The notes below the pieces were generated by a model. That model saw only the letters and a list, made by a program, of their open reading frames with translations, was not told where the DNA came from and made no database searches. A stretch of DNA of 64,000 nucleotides from the human T2T-CHM13v2.0 reference genome, Homo sapiens. Of this stretch, positions 40,520 through 54,120 are shown in pieces. The position numbers were made by a program, and so were the translations under genes. Position 1 is the first letter of the stretch, and each line of letters begins with the position of its first letter. The stretch lies in the NCBI RefSeq assembly GCF_009914755.1, contig NC_060931.1, one strand, 5' to 3'.

Positions 40520-43500
40520 CTCAGTAAATTCTTTGTGTTGTGTGCATTCAACTCACAGAGTGGAACGTCCCTTTAGACAGAGCAGATTTGAAACACTCTT
40601 TTTGCGGAATTTGCAAGTGGAGATTTCTAGCCATTTGATGCCAACAGTAGAAAGGGAAATATCTTCAAATAAAAACCAGACAGAATCATTCTCAGAAAAT
40701 TCTTTGTGATGTGTGCGTTCAACTCACATAGTTTAACCTTTCTTTTCATAGAGCAGTTTGGAAACACTCTGTTTGTAAAGTCTGCAAGTGGATATATGGA
40801 CCGCATTGAGGCCTTCGTTGGAAACGGGATTTCTTCATTTCATACTAGACAGAAGAATTCTCAGTAACTTCTTTGTGCTGTGTGTATTCAACTCACAGAG
40901 TGGAACGTCCCTTTGCACAGAGCAGATTTGAAACACTCTTTTTGTGGAGTTTGCTAGTGGAGATTTCAAGCGATTTGATGCCAACAGTAGAAAAGGAAAT
41001 ATCTTCAAATAAAAACTAGACAGAATCATTCTCAGAAACTACTTTGTGATGTGTGCCTTCAACTCACAGAGTTTAACCTTTCTTTTCTTAGAGCAGTTTA
41101 GAAACACTCTGCTTGTTATGTCTGCAAGTGGATATTTGGACCTCTTTGAGGCCTTCGTTGCAAACGGGGTTTCTTCCTTTCATGCTAGACTAAGAAGAGT
41201 TCTCAGTAACTTTTTTGTGTTGTGTGTATTCAACTCACAGAGTTGAACCTTGCTTTAGAGAGAGCAGATTTGAAACACTCTTGCTGTGGCATTTTCAGGT
41301 GGAGATTTCAAGCGATTTGAGGACAATTGCAGAAAAGGAAATATCTTCGTATAATAACCAGACAGAATCATTCTCAGAAAGTGCTTTGTGATGTGTGCGT
41401 TCAACTCACAGAGTTTAACCTTTCTTTTCATAGAGGAGTTTGGAAACACACTGTTTGTAATGTCTGCAATTGGATATATGGACCTGTTTGAGGCCTTCGT
41501 TGGAAACGGGATTTCTTCATTGAATGCTAGACGGAAGAATTCTCAGTAAATTCTTTGTGTTGTGTGCATTCAACTCACAGAGTGGAACGTCCCTTTAGAC
41601 AGAGCAGATTTGAAACACTTTTTGGCGGAATTTGCAAGTGGAGATTTCTAGCCATTTGATGCCAACAGTAGAAAGGGAAATATCTTCAAATAAAAACCAG
41701 ACAGAATCATTCTCAGAAAATTCTTTGTGATGTGTGCGTTCAACTCACATAGTTTAACCTTTCTTTTCATAGAGCAGTTTGGAAACACTCTGTTTGTAAA
41801 GTCTGCAAGTGGATATATGGACCGCATTGAGGCCTTCGTTGGAAACGGGATTTCTTCATTTCATGCTAGACAGAAGAATTCTCAGTAACTTCTTTGTGCT
41901 GTGTGTATTCAACTCACAGAGTGGAACGTCCCTTTACACAGAGCAGATTTGAAACACTCTTTTTGTGGAGTTTGCAAGTGGAGATTTCAAGCGATTTGAT
42001 GCCAACAGTAGAAAAGGAAATATCTTCAAATAAAAACTAGACAGAATCATTCTCAGAAACTACTTTGTGATGTGTGCCTTCAACTCACAGAGTTTAACCT
42101 TTCTTTTCTTAGAGCAGTTTAGAAACACTCTGCTTGTTATGTCTGCAAGTGGATATTTGGACCTCTTTGAGGCCTTCGTTGCAAACGGGGTTTCTTCCTT
42201 TAATGCTAGACTAAGAAGAGTTCTCAGTAACTTTTCTGTGTTGTGTGTATTCAACTCACAGAGTTGAACCTTGCTTTAGAGAGAGCAGATTTGAAACACT
42301 CTCGCTGTGGAATTTTCAGGTGGAGATTTCAAGCGATTTGAGGACAATTGCAGAAAAGGAAATATCTTCGTATAATAACCAGACAGAATCATTCTCAGAA
42401 AGTGCTTTGTGATGTGTGCGTTCAACTCACAGAGTTTAACCTTTCTTTTCATAGAGGAGTTTGGAAACACACTGTTTGTAAAGTCTGCAATTGGATATAT
42501 GGACCTGTTTGAGGCCTTCGTTGGAAACGGGATTTCATCATTGAATGCTAGACGGAAGGATTCTCAGTAAATTCTTTGTGTTGTGTGCATTCAACTCACA
42601 GAGTGGAACGTCCCTTTAGACAGAGCAGATTTGAAACACTCTTTTTGCGGAATTTGCAAGTGGAGATTTCTAGCCATTTGATGCCAACAGTAGAAAGGGA
42701 AATATCTTCAAATAAAAACCAGACAGAATCATTCTCAGAAAATTCTTTGTGATGTGTGCGTTCAACTCACATAGTTTAACCTTTCTTTTCATAGAGCAGT
42801 TTGGAAACACTCTGTTTGTAAAGTCTGCAAGTGGATATATGGACCGCATTGAGGCCTTCGTTGGAAACGGGATTTCTTCATTTCATACTAGACAGAAGAA
42901 TTCTCAGTAACTTCTTTGTGCTGTGTGTATTCAACTCACAGAGTGGAACGTCCCTTTGCACAGAGCAGATTTGAAACACTCTTTTTGTGGAGTTTGCTAG
43001 TGGAGATTTCAAGCGATTTGATGCCAACAGTAGAAAAGGAAATATCTTCAAATAAAAACTAGACAGAATCATTCTCAGAAACTACTTTGTGATGTGTGCC
43101 TTTAACTCACAGAGTTTAACCTTTCTTTTCTTAGAGCAGTTTAGAAACACTCTGCTTGTTATGTCTGCAAGTGGATATTTGGACCTCTTTGAGGCCTTCG
43201 TTGCAAACGGGGTTTCTTCCTTTCATGCTAGACTAAGAAGAGTTCTCAGTAACTTTTTTGTGTTGTGTGTATTCAACTCACAGAGTTGAACCTTGCTTTA
43301 GAGAGAGCAGATTTGAAACACTCTTGCTGTGGCATTTTCAGGTGGAGATTTCAAGCGATTTGAGGACAATTGCAGAAAAGGAAATATCTTCGTATAATAA
43401 CCAGACAGAATCATTCTCAGAAAGTGCGTTGTGATGTGTGCGTTCAACTCACAGAGTTTAACCTTTCTTTTCATAGAGGAGCTTGGAAACACACTGTTTG

Positions 43501-46390
43501 TAATGTCTGCAATTGGATATATGGACCTGTTTGAGGCCTCCGTTGGAAACGGGATTTCTTCATTGAATGCTAGACGGAAGAATTCTCAGTAAATTCTTTG
43601 TGTTGTGTGCATTGAACTCACAGAGTGGAACGTCCCTTTAGACAGAGCAGATTTGAAACACTCTTTTTGCGGAATTTGCAAGTGGAGATTTCTAGCCATT
43701 TGATGTCAACAGTAGAAAGGGAAATATCTTCAAATAAAAACCAGACAGAATCATTCTCAGAAAATTCTTTGTGATGTGTGTGTTCAACTCACATAGTTTA
43801 ACCTTTCTTTTCATAGAGCAGTTTGGAAACACTCTGTTTGTAAAGTCTGTAAGTGGATATATGGACCGCATTGAGGCCTTCGTTGGAAACGGGATTTCTT
43901 CATTTCATGCTAGACAGAAGAATTCTCAGTAACTTCTTTGTGCTGTGTGTATTCAACTCACAGAGTGGAACGTCCCTTTGCACAGAGCAGATTTGAAACA
44001 CTCTTTTTGTGGAGTTTGCAAGTGGAGATTTCAAGCGATTTTATGCCAACAGTAGAAAAGGAAATATCTTCAAATAAAAACTAGACAGAATCATTCTCAG
44101 AAACTACTTTGTGATGTGTGCCTTCAACTCACAGAGTTTAACCTTTCTTTTCTTAGAGCAGTTTAGAAACACTCTGCTTGTTATGTCTGCAAGTGGATAT
44201 TTGGACCTCTTTGAGGCCTTCGTTGCAAACGGGGTTTCTTCCTTTAATGCTAGACTAAGAAGAGTTCTCAGTAACTTTTTTGTGTTGTGTGTATTCAACT
44301 CACAGAGTTGAACCTTGCTTTAGAGAGAGCAGATTTGAAACACTCTCGCTGTGGAATTTTCAGGTGGAGATTTCAAGCGATTTGAGGACAATTGCAGAAA
44401 AGGAAATATCTTCGTATAATAACCAGACAGAATCATTCTCAGAAAGTGCTTTGTGATGTGTGCGTTCAACTCACAGAGTTTAACCTTTCTTTTCATAGAG
44501 GAGTTTGGAAACACACTGTTTGTAAAGTCTGCAATTGGATATATGGACCTGTTTGAGGCCTTCGTTGGAAACGGGATTTCTTCATTGAATGCTAGACGGA
44601 AGGATTCTCAGTAAATTCTTTGTGTTGTGTGCATTCAACTCACAGAGTGGAACGTCCCTTTAGACAGAGCAGATTTGAAACACTCTTTTTGCGGAATTTG
44701 CAAGTGGAGATTTCTAGCCATTTGATGCCAACAGTAGAAAGGGAAATATCTTCAAATAAAAACCAGACAGAATCATTCTCAGAAAATTCTTTGTGATGTG
44801 TGCGTTCAACTCACATAGTTTAACCTTTCTTTTCATAGAGCAGTTTGGAAACACTCTGTTTGTAAAGTCTGCAAGTGGATATATGGACCGCATTGAGGCC
44901 TTCGTTGGAAACGGGATTTCTTCATTTCATGCTAGACAGAAGAATTCTCAGTAACTTCTTTGTGCTGTGTGTATTCAACTCACAGAGTGGAACGTCCCTT
45001 TACACAGAGCAGATTTGAAACACTCTTTTTGTGGAGTTTGCAAGTGGAGATTTCAAGCGATTTGATGCCAACAGTAGAAAAGGAAATATCTTCAAATAAA
45101 AACTAGACAGAATCATTCTCAGAAACTACTTTGTGATGTGTGCCTTCAACTCACAGAGTTTAACCTTTCTTTTCTTAGAGCAGTTTAGAAACACTCTGCT
45201 TGTTATGTCTGCAAGTGGATATTTGGACCTCTTTGAGGCCTTCGTTGCAAACGGGGTTTCTTCCTTTCATGCTAGACTAAGAAGAGTTCTCAGTAACTTT
45301 TTTGTGTTGTGTGTATTCAACTCACAGAGTTGAACCTTGCTTTAGAGAGAGCAGATTTGAAACACTCTTGCTGTGGCATTTTCAGGTGGAGATTTCAAGC
45401 GATTTGAGGACAATTGCAGAAAAGGAAATATCTTCGTATAATAACCAGACAGAATCATTCTCAGAAAGTGCTTTGTGATGTGTGCGTTCAACTCACAGAG
45501 TTTAACCTTTCTTTTCATAGAGGAGTTTGGAAACACACTGTTTGTAAAGTCTGCAAGTGGATATATGGACCTGTTTGAGGCCTTCGTTGGAAACGGGATT
45601 TCTTCATTGAATGCTAGACGGAAGAATTCTCAGTAAATTCTTTGTGTTGTGTGCATTCAACTCACAGAGTGGAACGTCCCTTTAGACAGAGCAGATTTGA
45701 AACACTCTTTTTGCGGAATTTGCAAGTGGAGATTTCTAGCCATTTGATGCCAACAGTAGAAAGGGAAATATCTTCAAATAAAAACCAGACAGAATCATTC
45801 TCAGAAAATTCTTTGTGATGTGTGCGTTCAACTCACATAGTTTAACCTTTCTTTTCATAGAGCAGTTTGGAAACACTCTGTTTGTAAAGTCTGCAAGTGG
45901 ATATATGGACCGCATTGAGGCCTTCGTTGGAAACGGGATTTCTTCATTTCATGCTAGACAGAAGAATTCTCAGTAACTTCTTTGTGCTGTGTGTATTCAA
46001 CTCACAGAGTGGAACGTCCCTTTACACAGAGCAGATTTGAAACACTCTTTTTGTGGAGTTTGCAAGTGGAGATTTCAAGCGATTTGATGCCAACAGTAGA
46101 AAAGGAAATATCTTCAAATAAAAACTAGACAGAATCATTCTCAGAAACTACTTTGTGATGTGTGCCTTCAACTCACAGAGTTTAACCTTTCTTTTCTTAG
46201 AGCAGTTTAGAAACACTCTGCTTGTTATGTCTGCAAGTGGATATTTGGACCTCTTTGAGGCCTTCGTTGCAAACGGGGTTTCTTCCTTTCATGCTAGACT
46301 AAGAAGAGTTCTCAGTAACTTTTTTGTGTTGTGTGTATTCAACTCACAGAGTTGAACCTTGCTTTAGAGAGAGCAGATTTGAAACACTCT
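40520..46390 (+). repeat. Copy 1 of a ~5.9-kb block repeated 13281 bp (13 HORs) downstream
   Basis: Rare variants at 40844, 42887, 43103, 43428, 43482, 43540, 43614, 43706, 43781, 43850 and 44042 all recur at +13281. Boundaries are approximate. Confidence 0.85.
43538..43554 (+). other. Disrupted CENP-B box 2 (HOR 43)
   Basis: CTCCGTTGGAAACGGGA: T>C at 43540 in the core TTCG. Confidence 0.85.
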
Positions 46391-48013
46391 CGCTGTGGAA
46401 TTTTCAGGTGGAGATTTCAAGCGATTTGAGGACAATTGCAGAAAAGGAAATATCTTCGTATAGTAACCAGACAGAATCATTCTCAGAAAGTGCTTTGTGA
46501 TGTGTGCGTTCAACTCACAGAGTTTAACCTTTCTTTTCATAGAGGAGTTTGGAAACACACTGTTTGTAATGTCTGCAATTGGATATATGGACCTGTTTGA
46601 GGCCTTCGTTGGAAACGGGATTTCTTCATTGAATGCTAGACGGAAGAATTCTCAGTAAATTCTTTGTGTTGTGTGCATTCAACTCACAGAGTGGAACGTC
46701 CCTTTAGACAGAGCAGATTTGAAACACTTTTTGGCGGAATTTGCAAGTAGAGATTTTTAGCCATTTGATGCCAACAGTAGAAAGGGAAATATCTTCAAAT
46801 AAAAACCAGACAGAATCATTCTCAGAAAATTCTTTGTGATGTGTGCGTTCAACTCACATAGTTTAACCTTTCTTTTCATAGAGCAGTTTGGAAACACTCT
46901 GTTTGTAAAGTCTGCAAGTGGATATATGGACCGCATTGAGGCCTTCGTTGGAAACGGGATTTCTTCATTTCATGCTAGACAGAAGAATTCTCAGTAACTT
47001 CTTTGTGCTGTGTGTATTCAACTCACAGAGTGGAACGTCCCTTTGCACAGAGCAGATTTGAAACACTCTTTTTGTGGAGTTTGCAAGTGGAGATTTCAAG
47101 CGATTTGATGCCAACAGTAGAAAAGGAAGTATCTTCAAATAAAAACTAGACAGAATCATTCTCAGAAACTACTTTGTGATGTGTGCCTTCAACTCACCGA
47201 GTTTAACCTTTCTTTTCTGAGAGCAGCTTAGAAACACTCTGCTTGTTATGTCTGCAAGTTGATATTTGGACCTCTTTGAGGCCTTCGTTGCAAACGGGGT
47301 TTCTTCCTTTAATGCTAGACTAAGAAGAGTTCTCAGTAACTTTTTTGTGTTGTGTGTATTCAACTCACAGAGTTGAACCTTGCTTTAGAGAGAGCAGATT
47401 TGAAACACTCTTGCTGTGGCATTTTCAGGTGGAGATTTCAAGCGATTTGAGGACAATTGCAGAAAAGGAAATATCTTCGTATAATAACCAGACAGAATCA
47501 TTCTCAGAAAGTGCTTTGTGATGTGTGCGTTCAACTCACAGAGTTTAACCTTTCTTTTCATAGAGGAGTTTGGAAACACACTGTTTGTAAAGTCTGCAAT
47601 TGGATATATGGACCTGTTTGAGGCCTTCGTTGGAAACGGGATTTCTTCATTGAATGCTAGACGGAAGAATTCTCAGTAAATTCTTTGTGTTGTGTGCATT
47701 CAACTCACAGAGTGGAACGTCCCTTTAGACAGAGCAGATTTGAAACACTTTTTGGCGGAATTTGCAAGTGGAGATTTCTAGCCATTTGATGCCAACAGTA
47801 GAAAGGGAAATATCTTCAAATAAAAACCAGACAGAATCATTCTCAGAAAATTCTTTGTGATGTGTGTGTTCAACTCACATAGTTTAACCTTTCTTTTCAT
47901 AGAGCAGTTTGGAAACACTCTGTTTGTAAAGTCTGCAAGTGGATATATGGACCGCATTGAGGCCTTCGTTGGAAACGGGATTTCTTCATTTCATGCTAGA
48001 CAGAAGAATTCTC

Positions 48014-51000
48014 AGTAACTTCTTTGTGCTGTGTGTATTCAACTCACAGAGTGGAACGTCCCTTTACACAGAGCAGATTTGAAACACTCTTTTTGTGGAG
48101 TTTGCAAGTGGAGATTTCAAGCGACTTGATGCCAACAGTAGAAAAGGAAATATCTTCAAATAAAAACTAGACAGAATCATTCTCAGAAACTACTTTGTGA
48201 TGTGTGCCTTCAACTCACAGAGTTTAACCTTTCTTTTCTTAGAGCAGTTTAGAAACACTCTGCTTGTTATGTCTGCAAGTGGATATTTGGACCTCTTTGA
48301 GGCCTTCGTTGCAAACGGGGTTTCTTCCTTTCATGCTAGACTAAGAAGAGTTCTCAGTAACTTTTTTGTGTTGTGTGTATTCAACTCACAGAGTTGAACC
48401 TTGCTTTAGAGAGAGCAGATTTGAAACACTCTTGCTGTGGCATTTTCAGGTGGAGATTTCAAGCGATTTGAGGACAATTGCAGAAAAGGAAATATCTTCG
48501 TATAATAACCAGACAGAATCATTCTCAGAAAGTGCTTTGTGATGTGTGCGTTCAACTCACAGAGTTTAACCTTTCTTTTCATAGAGGAGTTTGGAAACAC
48601 ACTGTTTGTAAAGTCTGCAAGTGGATATATGGACCTGTTTGAGGCCTTCGTTGGAAACGGGATTTCTTCATTGAATGCTAGACGGAAGAATTCTCAGTAA
48701 ATTCTTTGTGTTGTGTGCATTCAACTCACAGAGTGGAACGTCCCTTTAGACAGAGCAGATTTGAAACACTCTTTTTGCGGAATTTGCAAGTGGAGATTTC
48801 TAGCCATTTGATGCCAACAGTAGAAAGGGAAATATCTTCAAATAAAAACCAGACAGAATCATTCTCAGAAAATTCTTTGTGATGTGTGCGTTCAACTCAC
48901 ATAGTTTAACCTTTCTTTTCATAGAGCAGTTTGGAAACACTCTGTTTGTAAAGTCTGCAAGTGGATATATGGACCGCATTGAGGCCTTCGTTGGAAACGG
49001 GATTTCTTCATTTCATGCTAGACAGAAGAATTCTCAGTAACTTCTTTGTGCTGTGTGTATTCAACTCACAGAGTGGAACGTCCCTTTACACAGAGCAGAT
49101 TTGAAACACTCTTTTTGTGGAGTTTGCAAGTGGAGATTTCAAGCGAATTGATGCCAACAGTAGAAAAGGAAATATCTTCAAATAAAAACTAGACAGAATC
49201 ATTCTCAGAAACTACTTTGTGATGTTTGCCTTCAACTCACAGAGTTTAACCTTTCTTTTCTTAGAGCAGTTTAGAAACACTCTGCTTGTTATGTCTGCAA
49301 GTGGATATTTGGACCTCTTTGAGGCCTTCGTTGCAAACGGGGTTTCTTCCTTTCATGCTAGACTAAGAAGAGTTCTCAGTAACTTTTTTGTGTTGTGTGT
49401 ATTCAACTCACAGAGTTCAACCTTGCTTTAGAGAGAGCAGATTTGAAACACTCTTGCTGTGGCATTTTCAGGTGGAGATTTCAAGCGATTTGAGGACAAT
49501 TGCAGAAAAGGAAATATCTTCGTATAATAACCAGACAGAATCATTCTCAGAAAGTGCTTTGTGATGTGTGCGTTCAACTCACAGAGTTTAACCTTTCTTT
49601 TCATAGAGGAGTTTGGAAACACACTGTTTGTAATGTCTGCAATTGGATATATGGACCTGTTTGAGGCCTTCGTTGGAAACGGGATTTCTTCATTGAATGC
49701 TAGACGGAAGAATTCTCAGTAAATTCTTTGTGTTGTGTGCATTCAACTCACAGAGTGGAACGTCCCTTTAGACAGAGCAGATTTGAAACACTTTTTGGCG
49801 GAATTTGCAAGTGGAGATTTCTAGCCATTTGATGCCAACAGTAGAAAGGGAAATATCTTCAAATAAAAACCAGACAGAATCATTCTCAGAAAATTCTTTG
49901 TGATGTGTGCGTTCAACTCACATAGTTTAACCTTTCTTTTCATAGAGCAGTTTGGAAACACTCTGTTTGTAAAGTCTGCAAGTGGATATATGGACCGCAT
50001 TGAGGCCTTCGTTGGAAACGGGATTTCTTCATTTCATGCTAGACAGAAGAATTCTCAGTAACTTCTTTGTGCTGTGTGTATTCAACTCACAGAGTGGAAC
50101 GTCCCTTTACACAGAGCAGATTTGAAACACTCTTTTTGTGGAGTTTGCAAGTGGAGATTTCAAGCGATTTGATGCCAACAGTAGAAAAGGAAATATCTTC
50201 AAATAAAAACTAGACAGAATCATTCTCAGAAACTACTTTGTGATGTGTGCCTTCAACTCACAGAGTTTAACCTTTCTTTTCTTAGAGCAGTTTAGAAACA
50301 CTCTGCTTGTTATGTCTGCAAGTGGATATTTGGACCTCTTTGAGGCCTTCGTTGCAAACGGGGTTTCTTCCTTTAATGCTAGACTAAGAAGAGTTCTCAG
50401 TAACTTTTCTGTGTTGTGTGTATTCAACTCACAGAGTTGAACCTTGCTTTAGAGAGAGGAGATTTGAAACACTCTCGCTGTGGAATTTTCAGGTGGAGAT
50501 TTCAAGCGATTTGAGGACAATTGCAGAAAAGGAAATATCTTCGTATAATAACCAGACAGAATCATTCTCAGAAAGTGCTTTGTGATGTGTGCGTTCAACT
50601 CACAGAGTTTAACCTTTCTTTTCATAGAGGAGTTTGGAAACACACTGTTTGTAAAGTCTGCAATTGGATATATGGACCTGTTTGAGGCCTTCGTTGGAAA
50701 CGGGATTTCATCATTGAATGCTAGACGGAAGGATTCTCAGTAAATTCTTTGTGTTGTGTGCATTCAACTCACAGAATGGAACGTCCCTTTAGACAGAGCA
50801 GATTTGAAACACTCTTTTTGCGGAATTTGCAAGTGGAGATTTCTAGCCATTTGATGCCAACAGTAGAAAGGGAAATATCTTCAAATAAAAACCAGACAGA
50901 ATCATTCTCAGAAAATTCTTTGTGATGTGTGCGTTCAACTCACATAGTTTAACCTTTCTTTTCATAGAGCAGTTTGGAAACACTCTGTTTGTAAAGTCTG

Positions 51001-54000
51001 CAAGTGGATATATGGACCGCATTGAGGCCTTCGTTGGAAACGGGATTTCTTCATTTCATGCTAGACAGAAGAATTCTCAGTAACTTCTTTGTGCTGTGTG
51101 TATTCAACTCACAGAGTGGAACGTCCCTTTACACAGAGCAGATTTGAAACACTCTTTTTGTGGAGTTTGCAAGTGGAGATTTCAAGCGACTTGATGCCAA
51201 CAGTAGAAAAGGAAATATCTTCAAATAAAAACTAGACAGAATCATTCTCAGAAACTACTTTGTGATGTGTGCCTTCAACTCACAGAGTTTAACCTTTCTT
51301 TTCTTAGAGCAGTTTAGAAACACTCTGCTTGTTATGTCTGCAAGTGGATATTTGGACCTCTTTGAGGCCTTCGTTGCAAACGGGGTTTCTTCCTTTCATG
51401 CTAGACTAAGAAGAGTTCTCAGTAACTTTTTTGTGTTGTGTGTATTCAACTCACAGAGTTGAACCTTGCTTTAGAGAGAGCAGATTTGAAACACTCTTGC
51501 TGTGGCATTTTCAGGTGGAGATTTCAAGCGATTTGAGGACAATTGCAGAAAAGGAAATATCTTCGTATAATAACCAGACAGAATCATTCTCAGAAAGTGC
51601 TTTGTGATGTGTGCGTTCAACTCACAGAGTTTAACCTTTCTTTTCATAGAGGAGTTTGGAAACACACTGTTTGTAATGTCTGCAAGTGGATATATGGACC
51701 TGTTTGAGGCCTTCGTTGGAAACGGGATTTCTTCATTGAATGCTAGACGGAAGAATTCTCAGTAAATTCTTTGTCTTGTGTGCATTCAACTCACAGAGTG
51801 GAACGTCCCTTTAGACAGAGCAGATTTGAAACACTCTTTTTGCGGAATTTGCAAGTGGAGATTTCTAGCCATTTGATGCCAACAGTAGAAAGGGAAATAT
51901 CTTCAAATAAAAACCAGACAGAATCATTCTCAGAAAATTCTTTGTGATGTGTGCGTTCAACTCACATAGTTTAACCTTTCTTTTCATAGAGCAGTTTGGA
52001 AACACTCTGTTTGTAAAGTCTGCAAGTGGATATATGGACCGCATTGAGGCCTTCGTTGGAAACGGGATTTCTTCATTTCATGCTAGACAGAAGAATTCTC
52101 AGTAACTTCTTTGTGCTGTGTGTATTCAACTCACAGAGTGGAACGTCCCTTTACACAGAGCAGATTTGAAACACTCTTTTTGTGGAGTTTGCAAGTGGAG
52201 ATTTCAAGCGAATTGATGCCAACAGTAGAAAAGGAAATATCTTCAAATAAAAACTAGACAGAATCATTCTCAGAAACTACTTTGTGATGTGTGCCTTCAA
52301 CTCACAGAGTTTAACCTTTCTTTTCTTAGAGCAGTTTAGAAACACTCTGCTTGTTATGTCTGCAAGTGGATATTTGGACCTCTTTGAGGCCTTCGTTGCA
52401 AACGGGGTTTCTTCCTTTCATGCTAGACTAAGAAGAGTTCTCAGTAACTTTTTTGTGTTGTGTGTATTCAACTCACAGAGTTGAACCTTGCTTTAGAGAG
52501 AGCAGATTTGAAACACTCTTGCTGTGGCATTTTCAGGTGGAGATTTCAAGCGATTTGAGGACAATTGCAGAAAAGGAAATATCTTCGTATAATAACCAGA
52601 CAGAATCATTCTCAGAAAGTGCTTTGTGATGTGTGCGTTCAACTCACAGAGTTTAACCTTTCTTTTCATAGAGGAGTTTGGAAACACACTGTTTGTAATG
52701 TCTGCAATTGGATATATGGACCTGTTTGAGGCCTTCGTTGGAAACGGGATTTCTTCATTGAATGCTAGACGGAAGAATTCTCAGTAAATTCTTTGTGTTG
52801 TGTGCATTCAACTCACAGAGTGGAACGTCCCTTTAGACAGAGCAGATTTGAAACACTTTTTGGCGGAATTTGCAAGTGGAGATTTCTAGCCATTTGATGC
52901 CAACAGTAGAAAGGGAAATATCTTCAAATAAAAACCAGACAGAATCATTCTCAGAAAATTCTTTGTGATGTGTGCGTTCAACTCACATAGTTTAACCTTT
53001 CTTTTCATAGAGCAGTTTGGAAACACTCTGTTTGTAAAGTCTGCAAGTGGATATATGGACCGCATTGAGGCCATCGTTGGAAACGGGATTTCTTCATTTC
53101 ATGCTAGACAGAAGAATTCTCAGTAACTTCTTTGTGCTGTGTGTATTCAACTCACAGAGTGGAACGTCCCTTTACACAGAGCAGATTTGAAACACTCTTT
53201 TTGTGGAGTTTGCAAGTGGAGATTTCAAGCGATTTGATGCCAACAGTAGAAAAGGAAATATCTTCAAATAAAAACTAGACAGAATCATTCTCAGAAACTA
53301 CTTTGTGATGTGTGCCTTCAACTCACAGAGTTTAACCTTTCTTTTCTTAGAGCAGTTTAGAAACACTCTGCTTGTTATGTCTGCAAGTGGATATTTGGAC
53401 CTCTTTGAGGCCTTCGTTGCAAACGGGGTTTCTTCCTTTAATGCTAGACTAAGAAGAGTTCTCAGTAACTTTTCTGTGTTGTGTGTATTCAACTCACAGA
53501 GTTGAACCTTGCTTTAGAGAGAGCAGATTTGAAACACTCTCGCTGTGGAATTTTCAGGTGGAGATTTCAAGCGATTTGAGGACAATTGCAGAAAAGGAAA
53601 TATCTTCGTATAATAACCAGACAGAATCATTCTCAGAAAGTGCTTTGTGATGTGTGCGTTCAACTCACAGAGTTTAACCTTTCTTTTCATAGAGGAGTTT
53701 GGAAACACACTGTTTGTAAAGTCTACAATTGGATATATGGACCTGTTTGAGGCCTTCGTTGGAAACGGGATTTCATCATTGAATGCTAGACGGAAGGATT
53801 CTCAGTAAATTCTTTGTGTTGTGTGCATTCAACTCACAGAGTGGAACGTCCCTTTAGACAGAGCAGATTTGAAACACTCTTTTTGCGGAATTTGCAAGTG
53901 GAGATTTCTAGCCATTTGATGCCAACAGTAGAAAGGGAAATATCTTCAAATAAAAACCAGACAGAATCATTCTCAGAAAATTCTTTGTGATGTGTGCGTT

Positions 54001-54120
54001 CAACTCACATAGTTTAACCTTTCTTTTCATAGAGCAGTTTGGAAACACTCTGTTTGTAAAGTCTGCAAGTGGATATATGGACCGCATTGAGGCCTTCGTT
54101 GGAAACGGGATTTCTTCATT
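48014..54120 (+). repeat. Older tandem duplication of a 3-HOR (3065-bp) block (HORs 48-50 and 51-53)
   Basis: GCGACTTG at 48125/51190 and GCGAATTG at 49147/52212 are paired at 3065 bp. HORs 50 and 53 share TTTTCTGTG, TTTCATCATT and GGATTC. Boundaries are approximate. Confidence 0.75.
53072..53088 (+). other. Disrupted CENP-B box 3 (HOR 52)
   Basis: CATCGTTGGAAACGGGA: T>A at 53073 in the core TTCG. Confidence 0.85.
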
